A stretch of DNA of 64,000 nucleotides. Origin: an uncultured Rikenellaceae bacterium. Lineage in GTDB: Bacteria; Bacteroidota; Bacteroidia; Bacteroidales; VadinHA17. Of this stretch, positions 1 through 10,430 are shown one piece after another. The position numbers and the translations under genes were made by a program. Every line of letters starts with the position of its first letter. The stretch's first letter is position 1. The notes beneath the pieces are model-generated. The model was not told the DNA's origin and did not search any database. It saw only the letters and a program-made list of their open reading frames with translations. The DNA lies in contig CAZXAM010000009.1 in NCBI GenBank assembly GCA_964638545.1, forward strand, positions 2,935 through 66,934. The letters are read 5' to 3'.

Positions 1-266
1 CCGCTTTGCACAAGATCGAACTGGCCTCCCGAACTGTTCCTGTTGCTTGAGAAAACCAACGAAAGACCCGTGTAAATTTTATTCAGGTCGAGATTATAGT
101 CATCATAAGTCGAATTGATCTCTGTTAAAGCGAAAGTAGCCGTGTCCGGGACAATCCCATCCGGAAATTTTATTTTATCGTCATGATTTGCGCAGGAAGT
201 GAAGGATGAGATGAGAACAATAGCTGAAATCTGAACTAAGACTGATCGCGATAGTTTCTTTTTCAT
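1..266 (-). CDS. putative lipoprotein, N-terminal fragment (gene runs off left edge)
   Basis: Reverse-strand ATG at 266-264. My translation is MKKKLSRSVLVQISAIVLISSFTSCANHDDKIKFPDG..., a signal peptide ending in a lipobox Cys, and it stays open to position 1. It is absent from the ORF track because no stop lies in the window. Confidence 0.55.
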   Translation of the reverse strand, partial: MKKKLSRSVLVQISAIVLISSFTSCANHDDKIKFPDGIVPDTATFALTEINSTYDDYNLDLNKIYTGLSLVFSSNRNSSGGQFDLVQS

Positions 267-589
267 GTTAAGGTTTTGAACATAATGAACTAACGCAAAG
301 ATATTAAAATTAGTATAAAGCGAAAAACCGGGCGATTGCCCGGCTTTTCTGAGGTAGAATTTAGGTTAATTCTAGGGTAATTGGGTATAGGGTAACAAAA
401 TCAGCTTTTATAATCAGAAGATGAATATTTGACTCCTGAGGTTGCGTCGGAAGGCAGAAAAAAACATAAGAATTTTATATCAGATTGAAATACAGCTGTT
501 TAAAAAAACGAACCATTGTTGATAATTGGGCAGGCGCCAAATTATCCATGTGAAAATTAGTATTATTTTTGTGTTGTAACGAATGGGAT

Positions 590-2002
590 ATGGAAGAGGA
601 AAAGTTCGGATTCTCTTTTGAGGAGGAGGTTAAGCAGGCGGTACAGAAGTTTGAAAGGATGACCAGAAATAATGAGAGTTATTTCTTCGATGTCATTGAA
701 TTTGAATCAATAATTGATTATTACATAGAATGCAATAATTCAGCCAGAGCCTATGAGGCTGCTATTCTGGCTACGAGGCAGCACCCCAATTCGGTATCGA
801 TACAGTTGCGGAAAGCCAGGGTTCTCCTCGATAAAGGCCGTGCTGTTGAAACATTGAAGATACTAAAGCGCCTTGAGAATATTGAACCCGGCAACCATGA
901 GATTTATATTGCCAAGGGAACTGCAATGGGAATTCTCGGTGACATTCAGGGAGCCAGAAAAATGTTCGACTTTGCACTCTCCATCGACTCCGATGATCCT
1001 GCAAATATCCTGTTCTCAATAGTTTCTGTCCTTCAGAACCTGAATTATTATGAGCAGGTAATCCCTTATCTGAAGATGCTCATTGAAAGGGAACCTGATT
1101 TTAAGTCACATCTCTATGATCTGGCTTACGCTTACGAAAAAACTGAGGATTATAACAATAGCATTGCATGTTACCTCAGTTATCTCGAGGAAGATCCATT
1201 CTCCGACAGCGCCTGGTATAACCTTGGAATTATCTATAATAAGCTTGATGAGTCAGAAAAAGCAATTGAAGCATACGACTACGCACTCGCGGTAAATTCA
1301 CAAAATACTTTCGCGCTGTTTAACAAAGCCAATATCCTGAGCAACCTGGAACATTACGAAGAGGCCATTCCCGTTTATCACGAATATCTTGAAAACGAGC
1401 CCGACAGCTTCGAAGCTATGAACTACCTCGCTGAATGCTACGAGAAAACAGGTGACATGACTCTTGCAAGAAAGTATTATAACGACTCTATCGAACTTGC
1501 GCCGGAATACGCTGACCCATGGTTCGGACTTGGTGTTGTCGAACTGAATACGGGCAATCCTGACGACAGCCTGATTTTCTTCAGAAAAGCGGTTCGGCTG
1601 GATGATGAAAATCCGGAATACTGGTATCTCATGGGCAAAGCTCATTATGTGCGGAACGAAATCAAAGACTCTATGTCATGTTTCAGGGAAGCCCTTAAGC
1701 TCGATCCTTATTATGATGAAGTCTGGATCGATCTTGGAAGGATTATAAGGAAGGAAGACCTGGCATCAAGAGCGATTTCATATCTTGAAAATGCTTATAA
1801 AACTTCGGGCGAAGTCCCAGGGATAAATTACCTTCTGGCATCTTTCTATCTTCAAACCGGCGATAATGAAAAGGCCTGGACGCATTTGTCAACAGCCATT
1901 GAACTGGATAGAGAACTTTTCTCCGATTTCGCGGAATTCTTCCCTCAATCCATCCTCACGAGGAAAATCATCAGGCTCCTGAAGACGAACAAACTGATCT
2001 GA
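590..2002 (+). CDS. tetratricopeptide (TPR) repeat protein
   Basis: ORF 569..2002 starts at TTG; the first ATG is at 590. It contains many 34-aa TPR-like units, e.g. AWYNLGIIYNKLDESEKAIEAYDYALAVN and PWFGLGVVELNTGNPDDSLIFFRKAVRLD. Confidence 0.85.
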   Translation: MEEEKFGFSFEEEVKQAVQKFERMTRNNESYFFDVIEFESIIDYYIECNNSARAYEAAILATRQHPNSVSIQLRKARVLLDKGRAVETLKILKRLENIEPGNHEIYIAKGTAMGILGDIQGARKMFDFALSIDSDDPANILFSIVSVLQNLNYYEQVIPYLKMLIEREPDFKSHLYDLAYAYEKTEDYNNSIACYLSYLEEDPFSDSAWYNLGIIYNKLDESEKAIEAYDYALAVNSQNTFALFNKANILSNLEHYEEAIPVYHEYLENEPDSFEAMNYLAECYEKTGDMTLARKYYNDSIELAPEYADPWFGLGVVELNTGNPDDSLIFFRKAVRLDDENPEYWYLMGKAHYVRNEIKDSMSCFREALKLDPYYDEVWIDLGRIIRKEDLASRAISYLENAYKTSGEVPGINYLLASFYLQTGDNEKAWTHLSTAIELDRELFSDFAEFFPQSILTRKIIRLLKTNKLI

Positions 2003-2027
2003 GAGCAAATCCTGTAATTAATATATT

Positions 2028-2804
2028 ATGAAAAAAGTACTGCCTTTTTTGCCCAAACGTCCTGATAAACCCAGGAATTACGGACTTACGATGGTAATGG
2101 ATAAAGGCCTCAGCTTAAGAGGTGCCGAGGATTTTATGTCTGCTGGCAGCAAATACACCGATTTCGTGAAACTCGGATTTGGAACCTCTATGGTAACTCC
2201 CGGGCTGAGCAGGAAATTAGCTGTTTACAGGAAAGCAGGTGTTATCCCATATTTTGGAGGAACCCTCTTTGAAGCTTTTATTATCAGGAATATGTACCGG
2301 GATTTTGTAAGGCTGCTTGATAGATATAAGATCGAGCTCGTTGAAGTTTCCGATGGATCTTATGACATCGAACATGCCAGAAAACTGGATTATATCCGCA
2401 AGCTTTCAAAACACCGTACCGTGATCTCTGAAGTTGGCTCTAAGAAAAAGGAGGTTGTTTATTCCCCCGAACAGTGGGTTTCCATGATGAAAGCAGAGCT
2501 CGAAGCTGGCTCAGTAAAAGTTATTGCTGAAGCCAGGGAATCAGGTACAACAGGCATCTATAATGATGATGGGTCAATCAATAATAAGATCATCGATGCA
2601 ATTTCACACCATGTTAAACTTGAAAATGTAATATGGGAAGCTCCCATAAAGGCCCAGCAGGCCTGGTTTATAAAGAACTTCGGAGCCAATGTAAACCTTG
2701 GGAATATTGCTCCTGAGGAGATCATTCCGCTTGAGACCCTGCGCCTAGGCCTGAGAGGGGATACCTTCTTCCAGTTCCTCCCCGACGATCTCCTGGGCAA
2801 ATGA
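2028..2804 (+). CDS. (2R)-phospho-3-sulfolactate synthase (ComA) family protein
   Basis: Collinear with my memory of methanogen ComA: GLTMVMDKGL, DFVKLGFGTS, GGTLFE, EVSDGS, ARESG, and C-terminal VIWEAPIKAQQAWFIKNFGANVNLGNIAPEEIIPLETLRLGLRGDTF. Confidence 0.8.
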   Translation: MKKVLPFLPKRPDKPRNYGLTMVMDKGLSLRGAEDFMSAGSKYTDFVKLGFGTSMVTPGLSRKLAVYRKAGVIPYFGGTLFEAFIIRNMYRDFVRLLDRYKIELVEVSDGSYDIEHARKLDYIRKLSKHRTVISEVGSKKKEVVYSPEQWVSMMKAELEAGSVKVIAEARESGTTGIYNDDGSINNKIIDAISHHVKLENVIWEAPIKAQQAWFIKNFGANVNLGNIAPEEIIPLETLRLGLRGDTFFQFLPDDLLGK

Positions 2805-3553
2805 AGAAATTCGGACTGATAGGTTACCCGCTCACTCACTCTTTTTCCGAAAAATATTTTGCAGAAAAATTCAAGCGGGAAAAGATATCAGGCTGTTCAT
2901 ATGAGAATTTCCCGATCAGGTCCCTGGAAGAGTTCCCGGAACTTATCAGGAAAAACAAGGACCTTTACGGTCTGAATGTTACGATTCCCTATAAAACGGA
3001 GATACTTAAGTTTGTCAACTTCGCTGAAGATGTTGTAGACCAGGTTGGTGCTGCCAATGTGCTGAAGATCAGGAGAGAAAATGACAAAATCTATATCTCG
3101 GCCTATAACAGCGACGTTTTCGGGATCAAGGAAACGCTGATTCCCTGCTCCAGGGGGAAAAAACACAAGGCACTTATACTTGGAACAGGAGGAAGCAGCA
3201 AGGCTGTAGCCTGGACTATCAGGAAAATGGGATGTGACGCGATTCTGGTATCGCGGACATCCAGGCACGGTGTGTTAAGCTACAGGGATATCAGCCCTGA
3301 ACTTCTTGCTGAGACCAATCTTATCGTAAATACAACACCTCTTGGAATGTTCCCTGATATCGGAACAAAACCAGATATCAATTATGACCTTCTAACCAGT
3401 AAACATATCCTTTTCGACCTGGTTTACAACCCGGAAATGACTGAATTCCTGAAAATGGGAAAGGAGAGAGGCTGTAAGATAATCAATGGGATGAAGATGC
3501 TTCGATCTCAGGCCGAACGATCATGGGAAATATGGAATGATAAAGAGCTTTGA
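2801..3553 (+). CDS. aroE: shikimate 5-dehydrogenase
   Basis: N-terminus FGLIGYPLTHSFSEKYF, NVTIPYK motif and GTGGSSKAV nucleotide-binding loop. Its start overlaps the upstream stop (ATGA at 2801-2804). Confidence 0.85.
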   Translation: MKKFGLIGYPLTHSFSEKYFAEKFKREKISGCSYENFPIRSLEEFPELIRKNKDLYGLNVTIPYKTEILKFVNFAEDVVDQVGAANVLKIRRENDKIYISAYNSDVFGIKETLIPCSRGKKHKALILGTGGSSKAVAWTIRKMGCDAILVSRTSRHGVLSYRDISPELLAETNLIVNTTPLGMFPDIGTKPDINYDLLTSKHILFDLVYNPEMTEFLKMGKERGCKIINGMKMLRSQAERSWEIWNDKEL

Positions 3554-3639
3554 GGATTGTGATGTGCGTGAGTGACAGGTATTTACTCAAGACTCGCATT
3601 CACTGTGAAATAAATAACAGCTGATTAATATGATTAATT

Positions 3640-4404
3640 TCATATTGAAAATATGTTATCGGGATATTCGATATCTACAAGATGAAGCCCTTTTGCAGGA
3701 GCTGATTTGCCAGCCTTGCAACGGTCTTTAGCGAGTATGATCCCTTCAAACTGGTTCAAACTTAATTTACCGGCGCCGACATCAACCATTGTTCCTACGA
3801 CAGCTCTTACCATATTCCTTAGGAACCTGTCAGCCTTAATGGTGAAAACCATCCTGTTATCGGCCATTTCCCAGACAGCATAGAAGATCCTGCATAAGTT
3901 GGTTTTATTATCAGAATGCAGCCTTGCAAAACTTGTAAAATCGCTGTAATTTAAAAGGAGACCGCAAACTTCGTTCATGGCATTAATATCTGTCCTGCCA
4001 TGCAGGTACCACGAAGTTTCCTCCCAGAAGGGATCTTTGACCTTGGAGATGTTGTAGCGGTATGTTCTTGAAATTGCACTGAACCTGGCATGGGCATCCT
4101 TTGCGACCCTGACTATTCTTGTAACGGATATGTCTTTGGGAAGATACCGGTTCATCCTGTAAATCAGGTTCTTCCTTGAAGTAAGATCTGCCACGGACGA
4201 TTCAAAATGAGCGCAGAATACCTTGGCATGAACTCCGGTGTCAGTCCGGCCTGCCCCAATCGTCGAGATTTTTTCATTTAATATGGTGCTTAGAGCTTCG
4301 TCAATGATTTTCTGGACAGTCACCGAATTAGGCTGTACCTGCCACCCATGGTATAAAGTGCCTTTAAAGGAAAGATATATGAAATAGCGTGTTTTTTCAG
4401 TCAT
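3640..4404 (-). CDS. truA: tRNA pseudouridine(38-40) synthase TruA
   Basis: YLSFKGTLYHGWQ and the catalytic GRTDTGVHA motif. The ORF opens at TTG 4413; the first ATG is at 4404. Confidence 0.9.
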   Translation of the reverse strand: MTEKTRYFIYLSFKGTLYHGWQVQPNSVTVQKIIDEALSTILNEKISTIGAGRTDTGVHAKVFCAHFESSVADLTSRKNLIYRMNRYLPKDISVTRIVRVAKDAHARFSAISRTYRYNISKVKDPFWEETSWYLHGRTDINAMNEVCGLLLNYSDFTSFARLHSDNKTNLCRIFYAVWEMADNRMVFTIKADRFLRNMVRAVVGTMVDVGAGKLSLNQFEGIILAKDRCKAGKSAPAKGLHLVDIEYPDNIFSI

Positions 4405-4588
4405 AATATACAAAGATAACGAATCAGTCGTATATATTGCTTACCCCGGGGAAAAGCCTGCCCTGCTTTCGAAGTGGTCATTCAATTTTAATATTTATTA
4501 ATCCGGACTTCTTTGAAAATCGAACTGAAAATGTAATTTTACCAAAGCCAAAAGTTAATCTTGCAACCTGACGTAATAATTTAGAAGC

Positions 4589-5992
4589 ATGGAACAGAAA
4601 ACTAATGCCAACCTTCGTTTGGGAATGACTTTCATGGCTTCCATTTTCTTTATTTTCGGGTTCATTACAAACTTTAACATAGCGATGAAAGACCAGGTGC
4701 AGTTAGCATTTGATCTGAAAACGCTTTACCCTGGAAAGGAACACCTGCTATCTCAACTGGTAAATGGTGTATTTTTCTTTGCTTATGCATGCTTTAGCTT
4801 CTTGTGTGGTGGTATTATCAGGAGAATTGGTTATAAAAACGGTATTATTGCCGGATTATCTTTAGTGGCGGTTGGCAGCTATATGTTCTTTCCGGCTGTC
4901 GAAGTATTGTCATATAAACTATTCTTAACAGCAGTATTTGTTATGGCAGCCGGTGTAGTGTTCCTCCAAGCTGCTGCCAATCCTTATGTCGCAGCCCTGG
5001 GCCGGGAGGATACCGCCCCGGCACGCTTGAATCTTACTCAGGCTATTAATGGAGTTGCAACCACAATCGCTCCATTCCTTGCGGGTATCCTTGTACTTTC
5101 TCCTGCTGTCCTGGCAGTCAATGGAGGAGCCACGGCTGCAGATGCGGCAAGATTTGTTCAAATGCCATTCATCATTATTGGATCAATTGTCGTACTGATC
5201 GCTATTGCAATTGTATTCATCAAATTGCCAAAACTCAGTGGAGATGCAACGATACCTTCAAGAACCATATTGAAGAAACCACAGGTTTGGCTTGGGGCAT
5301 TAGGTGTTTTTTGTTATGTTGGCGCCGAGGTTGGAACAGCAGGACAGATTGCACCATATTTGAAAGGTAGCCAGGCACTTGACGTTGCTGTTAAATTATC
5401 AGCTATTTATTGGGGAGGAGCGATGATAGGGCGTTTCTTTGGCTCAATCTTACTAAGTACGATGCCTGGCAAGCAGAAATACAGGCTTTCAGCAATTGTA
5501 TTAGTCTTTGCTTTCTTCGTGGGATGGATAATTACATCAGCCAGAGTTGAAAATGGTAAATTCACTTTTGATTCGCAACCCATTAATGGATTAGTATTTC
5601 TGGGAATTGCCAGCGTTAACTTCTTGCTCATGAATATGAGCAAAGGAAAGGCAAATATCGCGTTGGCTATTTTCGGATTAGTCAATATCTCTCTGATAAT
5701 ACTGGCTTTCCTTTTACCGGAAAAAACAGGAATGTGGTGCCTGTTATCTATTGGTTTCTTCAATTCAATACAGTTCGCAAATATTTTTGCATTGGGTGTA
5801 AAAGACCTGGATCCTTCAGAGCTGCCGCTGGCTGCCGGTATTATTAATACATTAATAGTAGGAGGAGCTGTCATTCCAGTCATAATGGGTGCCATGACTG
5901 ATATTTTTAATGCTCGCTGGGCATTGCTTGTACCGATCGTGTGTTATACTTATATAACATTCTTTGCACTGAAAGGGAGTAAAATCAGGTAA
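4589..5992 (+). CDS. MFS sugar transporter (glucose/galactose or fucose permease type)
   Basis: 467 aa, about 12 hydrophobic segments, FucP/GluP-like N-terminus, and located beside galK/galM. Confidence 0.75.
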   Translation: MEQKTNANLRLGMTFMASIFFIFGFITNFNIAMKDQVQLAFDLKTLYPGKEHLLSQLVNGVFFFAYACFSFLCGGIIRRIGYKNGIIAGLSLVAVGSYMFFPAVEVLSYKLFLTAVFVMAAGVVFLQAAANPYVAALGREDTAPARLNLTQAINGVATTIAPFLAGILVLSPAVLAVNGGATAADAARFVQMPFIIIGSIVVLIAIAIVFIKLPKLSGDATIPSRTILKKPQVWLGALGVFCYVGAEVGTAGQIAPYLKGSQALDVAVKLSAIYWGGAMIGRFFGSILLSTMPGKQKYRLSAIVLVFAFFVGWIITSARVENGKFTFDSQPINGLVFLGIASVNFLLMNMSKGKANIALAIFGLVNISLIILAFLLPEKTGMWCLLSIGFFNSIQFANIFALGVKDLDPSELPLAAGIINTLIVGGAVIPVIMGAMTDIFNARWALLVPIVCYTYITFFALKGSKIR

Positions 5993-6040
5993 ATTCTGAA
6001 TATAGGGTTTTAATCTTTTGAAAGTAAAAAAATAAGAAAG

Positions 6041-7324
6041 TTGGCAACTTCCGACACACTTATCGCCCGTATCAACAACGGTGACAACAAGGTATTCCGT
6101 CAACTATATGGCACTGAAACTGCTGAATTGAAAAAGAATGCGAAGAGATATTCCGGACTTCTCAAACAATTCAACAGTGAATTTGGCAAGAAAAATGTAG
6201 AGTTCTTCAGCTCCCCGGGCCGTACCGAGATAGGTGGAAATCATACCGATCATAACTGGGGAAGGGTTCTTGCCGGTGCGGTCAATCTTGATAATGTGGC
6301 AGTCGCAGGGAAGAATGATTCAAATGTCATTCGCATACTGTCAGAAGGCTATCCCGGGTTTGAAGTCGACCTCTCTTCACTGAAACCGTTGGAAAGTGAA
6401 CGTTATACCTCTGCAGCCCTCGTCAGGGGGATTTGTTCCCGATATAAGGAGCTTAAGTTTGTTATTGGAGGCTTTGATGCATGTATAGACGGAGGCGTCC
6501 CAAAAGGCTCGGGATTAAGTTCTTCAGCTTCATTCGAGGTTCTGATAGGAGCAATACTGAGTCACCTCTTCAATCAGGGTAAAGTGGACCCCCTCAGGAA
6601 TGCAATTATAGGACAGTATTCGGAAAATACCTATTTCGGCAAACCTTGCGGACTGATGGATCAGACGGCCTGTGCTATGGGCGGATTGATAACTATCGAT
6701 TTCAAGGATCCGTCAAAGCCGGTGGTTAAGAAGGTAAATTTTGATTTTGTTGCAACAGGTTTTTCGCTTGTTATTACCAATACCGGAGGCAATCATGCAG
6801 ATCTAAACGATGAATATGCATCGCTTCCGGCCGATATGAAAGCAGTTGCATCCACCCTGGGCGCCAAGGTCCTGAGACAGGTCACCCTCGATCAGGTACT
6901 GAAGATCGTACCAAAGATCCGCAAAAAAGTCGGCGACCGGGCTATCCTTCGCGCCGTTCATTTTCATGGCGATAACCAGAGAGTTGTTGATCAGGTGGCA
7001 GCTCTTGAAACGAAGGATTTTAAATCATTCCTTGGCATGGTGGTGGATTCGGGATACAGTTCATATATGTACAATCAGAATATTTACCCTGTCAACAATG
7101 TAAAGGAGCAGGGTGTCTCACTTGCGCTGGCACTCAGCGAGCTTGTGCTTAAGGGAGAGGGTGCATGGCGTGTGCACGGCGGCGGCTTCGCAGGAACAAT
7201 TCAGGCTTTTGTCCCGAAAAAGCTTCTTAATAAATACATCACTACGCTGGAGCATGTTTTTGGAAAAGGATCATGCAGAACCCTTTTCATCAGACATCAG
7301 GGCGCCGGGAAAGTTGTATTGTAA
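6041..7324 (+). CDS. galK: galactokinase (GHMP kinase)
   Basis: SPGRTEIGGNHTDHN galactokinase signature, GHMP ATP motif PKGSGLSSSASFEV, and C-terminal GGGFAGT. There is no in-frame ATG near the 5' end, so the start is the TTG at 6041. Confidence 0.8.
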   Translation: MATSDTLIARINNGDNKVFRQLYGTETAELKKNAKRYSGLLKQFNSEFGKKNVEFFSSPGRTEIGGNHTDHNWGRVLAGAVNLDNVAVAGKNDSNVIRILSEGYPGFEVDLSSLKPLESERYTSAALVRGICSRYKELKFVIGGFDACIDGGVPKGSGLSSSASFEVLIGAILSHLFNQGKVDPLRNAIIGQYSENTYFGKPCGLMDQTACAMGGLITIDFKDPSKPVVKKVNFDFVATGFSLVITNTGGNHADLNDEYASLPADMKAVASTLGAKVLRQVTLDQVLKIVPKIRKKVGDRAILRAVHFHGDNQRVVDQVAALETKDFKSFLGMVVDSGYSSYMYNQNIYPVNNVKEQGVSLALALSELVLKGEGAWRVHGGGFAGTIQAFVPKKLLNKYITTLEHVFGKGSCRTLFIRHQGAGKVVL

Positions 7325-7356
7325 GTTTATGAACCTATTTAAATATTACGTGAACT

Positions 7357-8409
7357 ATGGAAATAATTAAGGAAGAAGCATTTAAAAGTGAGTACAAAGG
7401 TAAAAAGACATCTCTTCATACACTGAAGAACAAAAACGGACTTATAGCACAGGTAACCAACTATGGCGCTATCATCGTAAGTATCTTTGTTCCTGACCGC
7501 AATGGTAATTTTGCTGATGTCGTTCAGGGATTTGATACAATACAGGGCTATATCGATGGCAACGGACCTTTCATGGGAGCTGTCTGTGGTCGCTGTGCCA
7601 ATCGTATTGGAAAGGGTAAGTTCTCTGTTGATGGTAAAGAATATTCCCTTGCAATAAACAATGGTCCGAATCATCTTCACGGAGGAAATATAGGATTTGA
7701 TAAGGTAGTATGGGATGTAATTAAAACCACATCTGACACTGTTGAACTCAGATATTTTTCTAAAGACGGAGATGAAGGTTATCCCGGAAATCTCGAGGCT
7801 ACCGTGGTTTATTCACTGACAAATCAAAATGAACTGAGGATCAGTTTTGCGGCAAAAACTGACAAAACCACCATCGTTAACTTTGCCGGACATAGTTATT
7901 TTAATCTTGCCGGAGCGGGTTCCGGCAGTGTTTATGATCATGAACTGATGATTAACGGCTTATATTTTACTCCGACTGATGATTCAAATATCCCAACTGG
8001 TGAAATTGTTAGTGTACGAAACACACCATTTGATTTTACCAGTCCTTCCAGGATTGGAAAAAACATTGATGTTGAGGATGAACAGTTAAAATTTGGTGCA
8101 GGTTATGATCATAACTGGGTTATCAATAAATTATCCGGAGTAACTGGACTTGCTGCCAGAGCTTTTGATCCATTATCAGGCCGTCAGCTTGAAGTATTTA
8201 CTTCACAGCCTGGTGTTCAGTTCTATTCAGGAAACTGGCTCAATAACGAGAAGGGAAAATATGGAAAGGTTTATAAAAGACGCTGGGCTTTCTGCCTTGA
8301 AACTCAGCATTTTCCCGACGCTGTCAACAAACCTCATTTTCCTTCCACGATACTGAATGCCGGCGATGAGTACAAACATACCTGCACCTATAAATTCAGT
8401 ACCAGGTAA
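7357..8409 (+). CDS. galM: aldose 1-epimerase (galactose mutarotase)
   Basis: GRCANRIGKGKFSVDGKEYSLAINNGPNHLHGG and the FCLETQHFPDA motif typical of mutarotases. Confidence 0.85.
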   Translation: MEIIKEEAFKSEYKGKKTSLHTLKNKNGLIAQVTNYGAIIVSIFVPDRNGNFADVVQGFDTIQGYIDGNGPFMGAVCGRCANRIGKGKFSVDGKEYSLAINNGPNHLHGGNIGFDKVVWDVIKTTSDTVELRYFSKDGDEGYPGNLEATVVYSLTNQNELRISFAAKTDKTTIVNFAGHSYFNLAGAGSGSVYDHELMINGLYFTPTDDSNIPTGEIVSVRNTPFDFTSPSRIGKNIDVEDEQLKFGAGYDHNWVINKLSGVTGLAARAFDPLSGRQLEVFTSQPGVQFYSGNWLNNEKGKYGKVYKRRWAFCLETQHFPDAVNKPHFPSTILNAGDEYKHTCTYKFSTR

Positions 8410-8468
8410 AATAATAATATTTCACCAAAACCTGCAATTCAAATATTTTTAATATTTAAAAATTCAAT

Positions 8469-10193
8469 ATGAAAATAGACCTGAGTTGGATAGATTATTT
8501 GATAATGATAATCTATTTTGTTTTTGTAGTGGGCATTGGCTGGTTCCTCAAGAAATACATGAAGAATGCCAATGCCTTCCTCGAAGCTGGAAGATCGATT
8601 CCTGCATGGGTTGCAGGATTGGCATTTATCTCCACTAACCTCGGAGCCCTTGAGGTTATGGGGATGACAGGATCCGGTGTGAAATATGGAATGGCAACGA
8701 CTCACTTTTACTGGATAGGTGCAATTCCGGCAATGGTGTTCCTCGCCCTTTTCATGATGCCTTTTTATTATGGATCAAAGGCAAGGTCAGTTCCTGAGTT
8801 TCTTAAGCTCAGGTTTGATGAAAAAACAAGGGGACTCAATGCAATCCTTTTTGCTGTCATGACAATTCTGGCATCCGGAATTTCAATGTATGCACTTGCA
8901 ATCCTGATGGAGAAAGTCCTGGGATGGGATTTCAATTTAAGTCTCTGGATATCTGCATTAATAGTTTTGGGATATACATATCTTGGAGGCCTCTCTTCTG
9001 CAATCTATAATGAAGTTCTCCAGTTTTTCATCATCGTAATAGGCCTTCTGCCTCTTGTATTTCTTGCCCTGACCGATGTTGGCGGCTGGACTGGACTAAA
9101 AGAAAGTCTGGCCCCGATAACAAATGCCAATGGATTCCCGGCTGACTCGTGGACAACTACCTGGAAATACACGGGAGATGCAAGGACAAGTCCTCTGGGT
9201 GTCGAATGGTATGGAATCCTGTTTGGACTAGGATTTGTCCTTTCATTTGGTTATTGGTGCACTAACTTTCTTATTGTACAGAGGGCTTTTGCTGCTGAAT
9301 CCAATATTGCCGCAAGGAAAGTGCCGCTTATCGGCGCACTTCCGAAAATGTTTATCCCATTCCTGATCATCGTGCCAGGTGTAATTGCTCTTGTATTGAT
9401 GCACGATCCTTCCAAAGGTTTTTCTTTACCTCTTGATGCCGGAGGCAAACCGATTTATGATTATACGATTATCATGCTTCTAAAGCAATATCTGCCTGCC
9501 GGTGTCCTTGGTCTTGGAATTACTGCTCTTCTTGCATCCTTTATGTCAGGAATGGCTGGTAATGTGTCGGCTTTTAACACTGTATGGACCTATGATATTT
9601 ACCAGAGCTATATAAGGAAGAGAACCACTGATACGCAGGCTGACGATAAACATTACCTTACTGTTGGCAGGGTAACCACAGTTGTCGGAGTATTATTGAG
9701 CATCGCTGCTGCATATATTGCAGGTAAATTTGGAAATATCATGGATTTCCTGCAAACAATATTTTCTATGATAAATGCTCCTCTGTTTGCTGTGATCTTC
9801 CTTGGTATGTTCTGGAAAAGAACCACTGGTCATGCAGCCTTTACAGGTTTACTTCTTGGCTTTATTTTTGCCTTGCTGCATCATGGTCTTACAGTTCCTG
9901 AAGGCGCCACGACTCTTGTGAAAGGAGGATGGATTGCAAGTCTTCATACATATCCTGTAGAAATGGCCCAGAATTTCTGGACTGCAATAATAGCATTCTC
10001 TGTTGCTACCAGCATTACAGTAGGAATTTCTTTGATAACTAAACAGAAGAAAACGGAAACAGAACTGACAGGTCTGGTATATTCTCTTACTCCACATGAG
10101 ATGGATCAGGATATACCCTGGCATAAACGCCCGGTTAGTATGGCAATTCTGGTAGGTGTTATTTGCATTATATTAAGTATCATATTCTGGTAG
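8469..10193 (+). CDS. sodium:solute symporter family sugar transporter (SGLT-like)
   Basis: 574 aa polytopic protein with SSF-type segments (GRSIPAWVAGLAFISTNLGALE, GGLSSAIYNEVLQ). Confidence 0.8.
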   Translation: MKIDLSWIDYLIMIIYFVFVVGIGWFLKKYMKNANAFLEAGRSIPAWVAGLAFISTNLGALEVMGMTGSGVKYGMATTHFYWIGAIPAMVFLALFMMPFYYGSKARSVPEFLKLRFDEKTRGLNAILFAVMTILASGISMYALAILMEKVLGWDFNLSLWISALIVLGYTYLGGLSSAIYNEVLQFFIIVIGLLPLVFLALTDVGGWTGLKESLAPITNANGFPADSWTTTWKYTGDARTSPLGVEWYGILFGLGFVLSFGYWCTNFLIVQRAFAAESNIAARKVPLIGALPKMFIPFLIIVPGVIALVLMHDPSKGFSLPLDAGGKPIYDYTIIMLLKQYLPAGVLGLGITALLASFMSGMAGNVSAFNTVWTYDIYQSYIRKRTTDTQADDKHYLTVGRVTTVVGVLLSIAAAYIAGKFGNIMDFLQTIFSMINAPLFAVIFLGMFWKRTTGHAAFTGLLLGFIFALLHHGLTVPEGATTLVKGGWIASLHTYPVEMAQNFWTAIIAFSVATSITVGISLITKQKKTETELTGLVYSLTPHEMDQDIPWHKRPVSMAILVGVICIILSIIFW

Positions 10194-10205
10194 GAGGAAA
10201 TTAAA

Positions 10206-10421
10206 ATGGTAGATATAAGAATCCCAATAGGTTTAATGTTCTCAGTTCTGGGTTTGTTAATCTCAGGATACGGGATATTTACGGCTTCAGATGCTGAAAT
10301 GTACCGAAAATCACTTGGCCATAATGTAAATATCATTATGGGCATTCTGATGCTTATATTCGGTCTGATAATGTTATATTTTGCGTGGAGAAAGAAGAAG
10401 ACTTCATTGAAACAGGAATAG
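10206..10421 (+). CDS. small two-TM membrane protein, possible accessory subunit of the symporter
   Basis: 71 aa with two hydrophobic helices, starting 12 nt after the symporter stop. AGGAGG at 10192-10197 lies 8 nt upstream of the ATG. Confidence 0.5.
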   Translation: MVDIRIPIGLMFSVLGLLISGYGIFTASDAEMYRKSLGHNVNIIMGILMLIFGLIMLYFAWRKKKTSLKQE

Positions 10422-10430
10422 AAATTACTT

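Noticed and set aside
323-348. Hairpin AAAAA-CCGGGC-gatt-GCCCGG-CTTTT as a terminator
   Set aside because: It looks like a bidirectional intrinsic terminator, but it lies between two divergently transcribed genes (starts at 266 and 590). No transcript in the window would end there, and I found no promoter for a small RNA. It is left unassigned.
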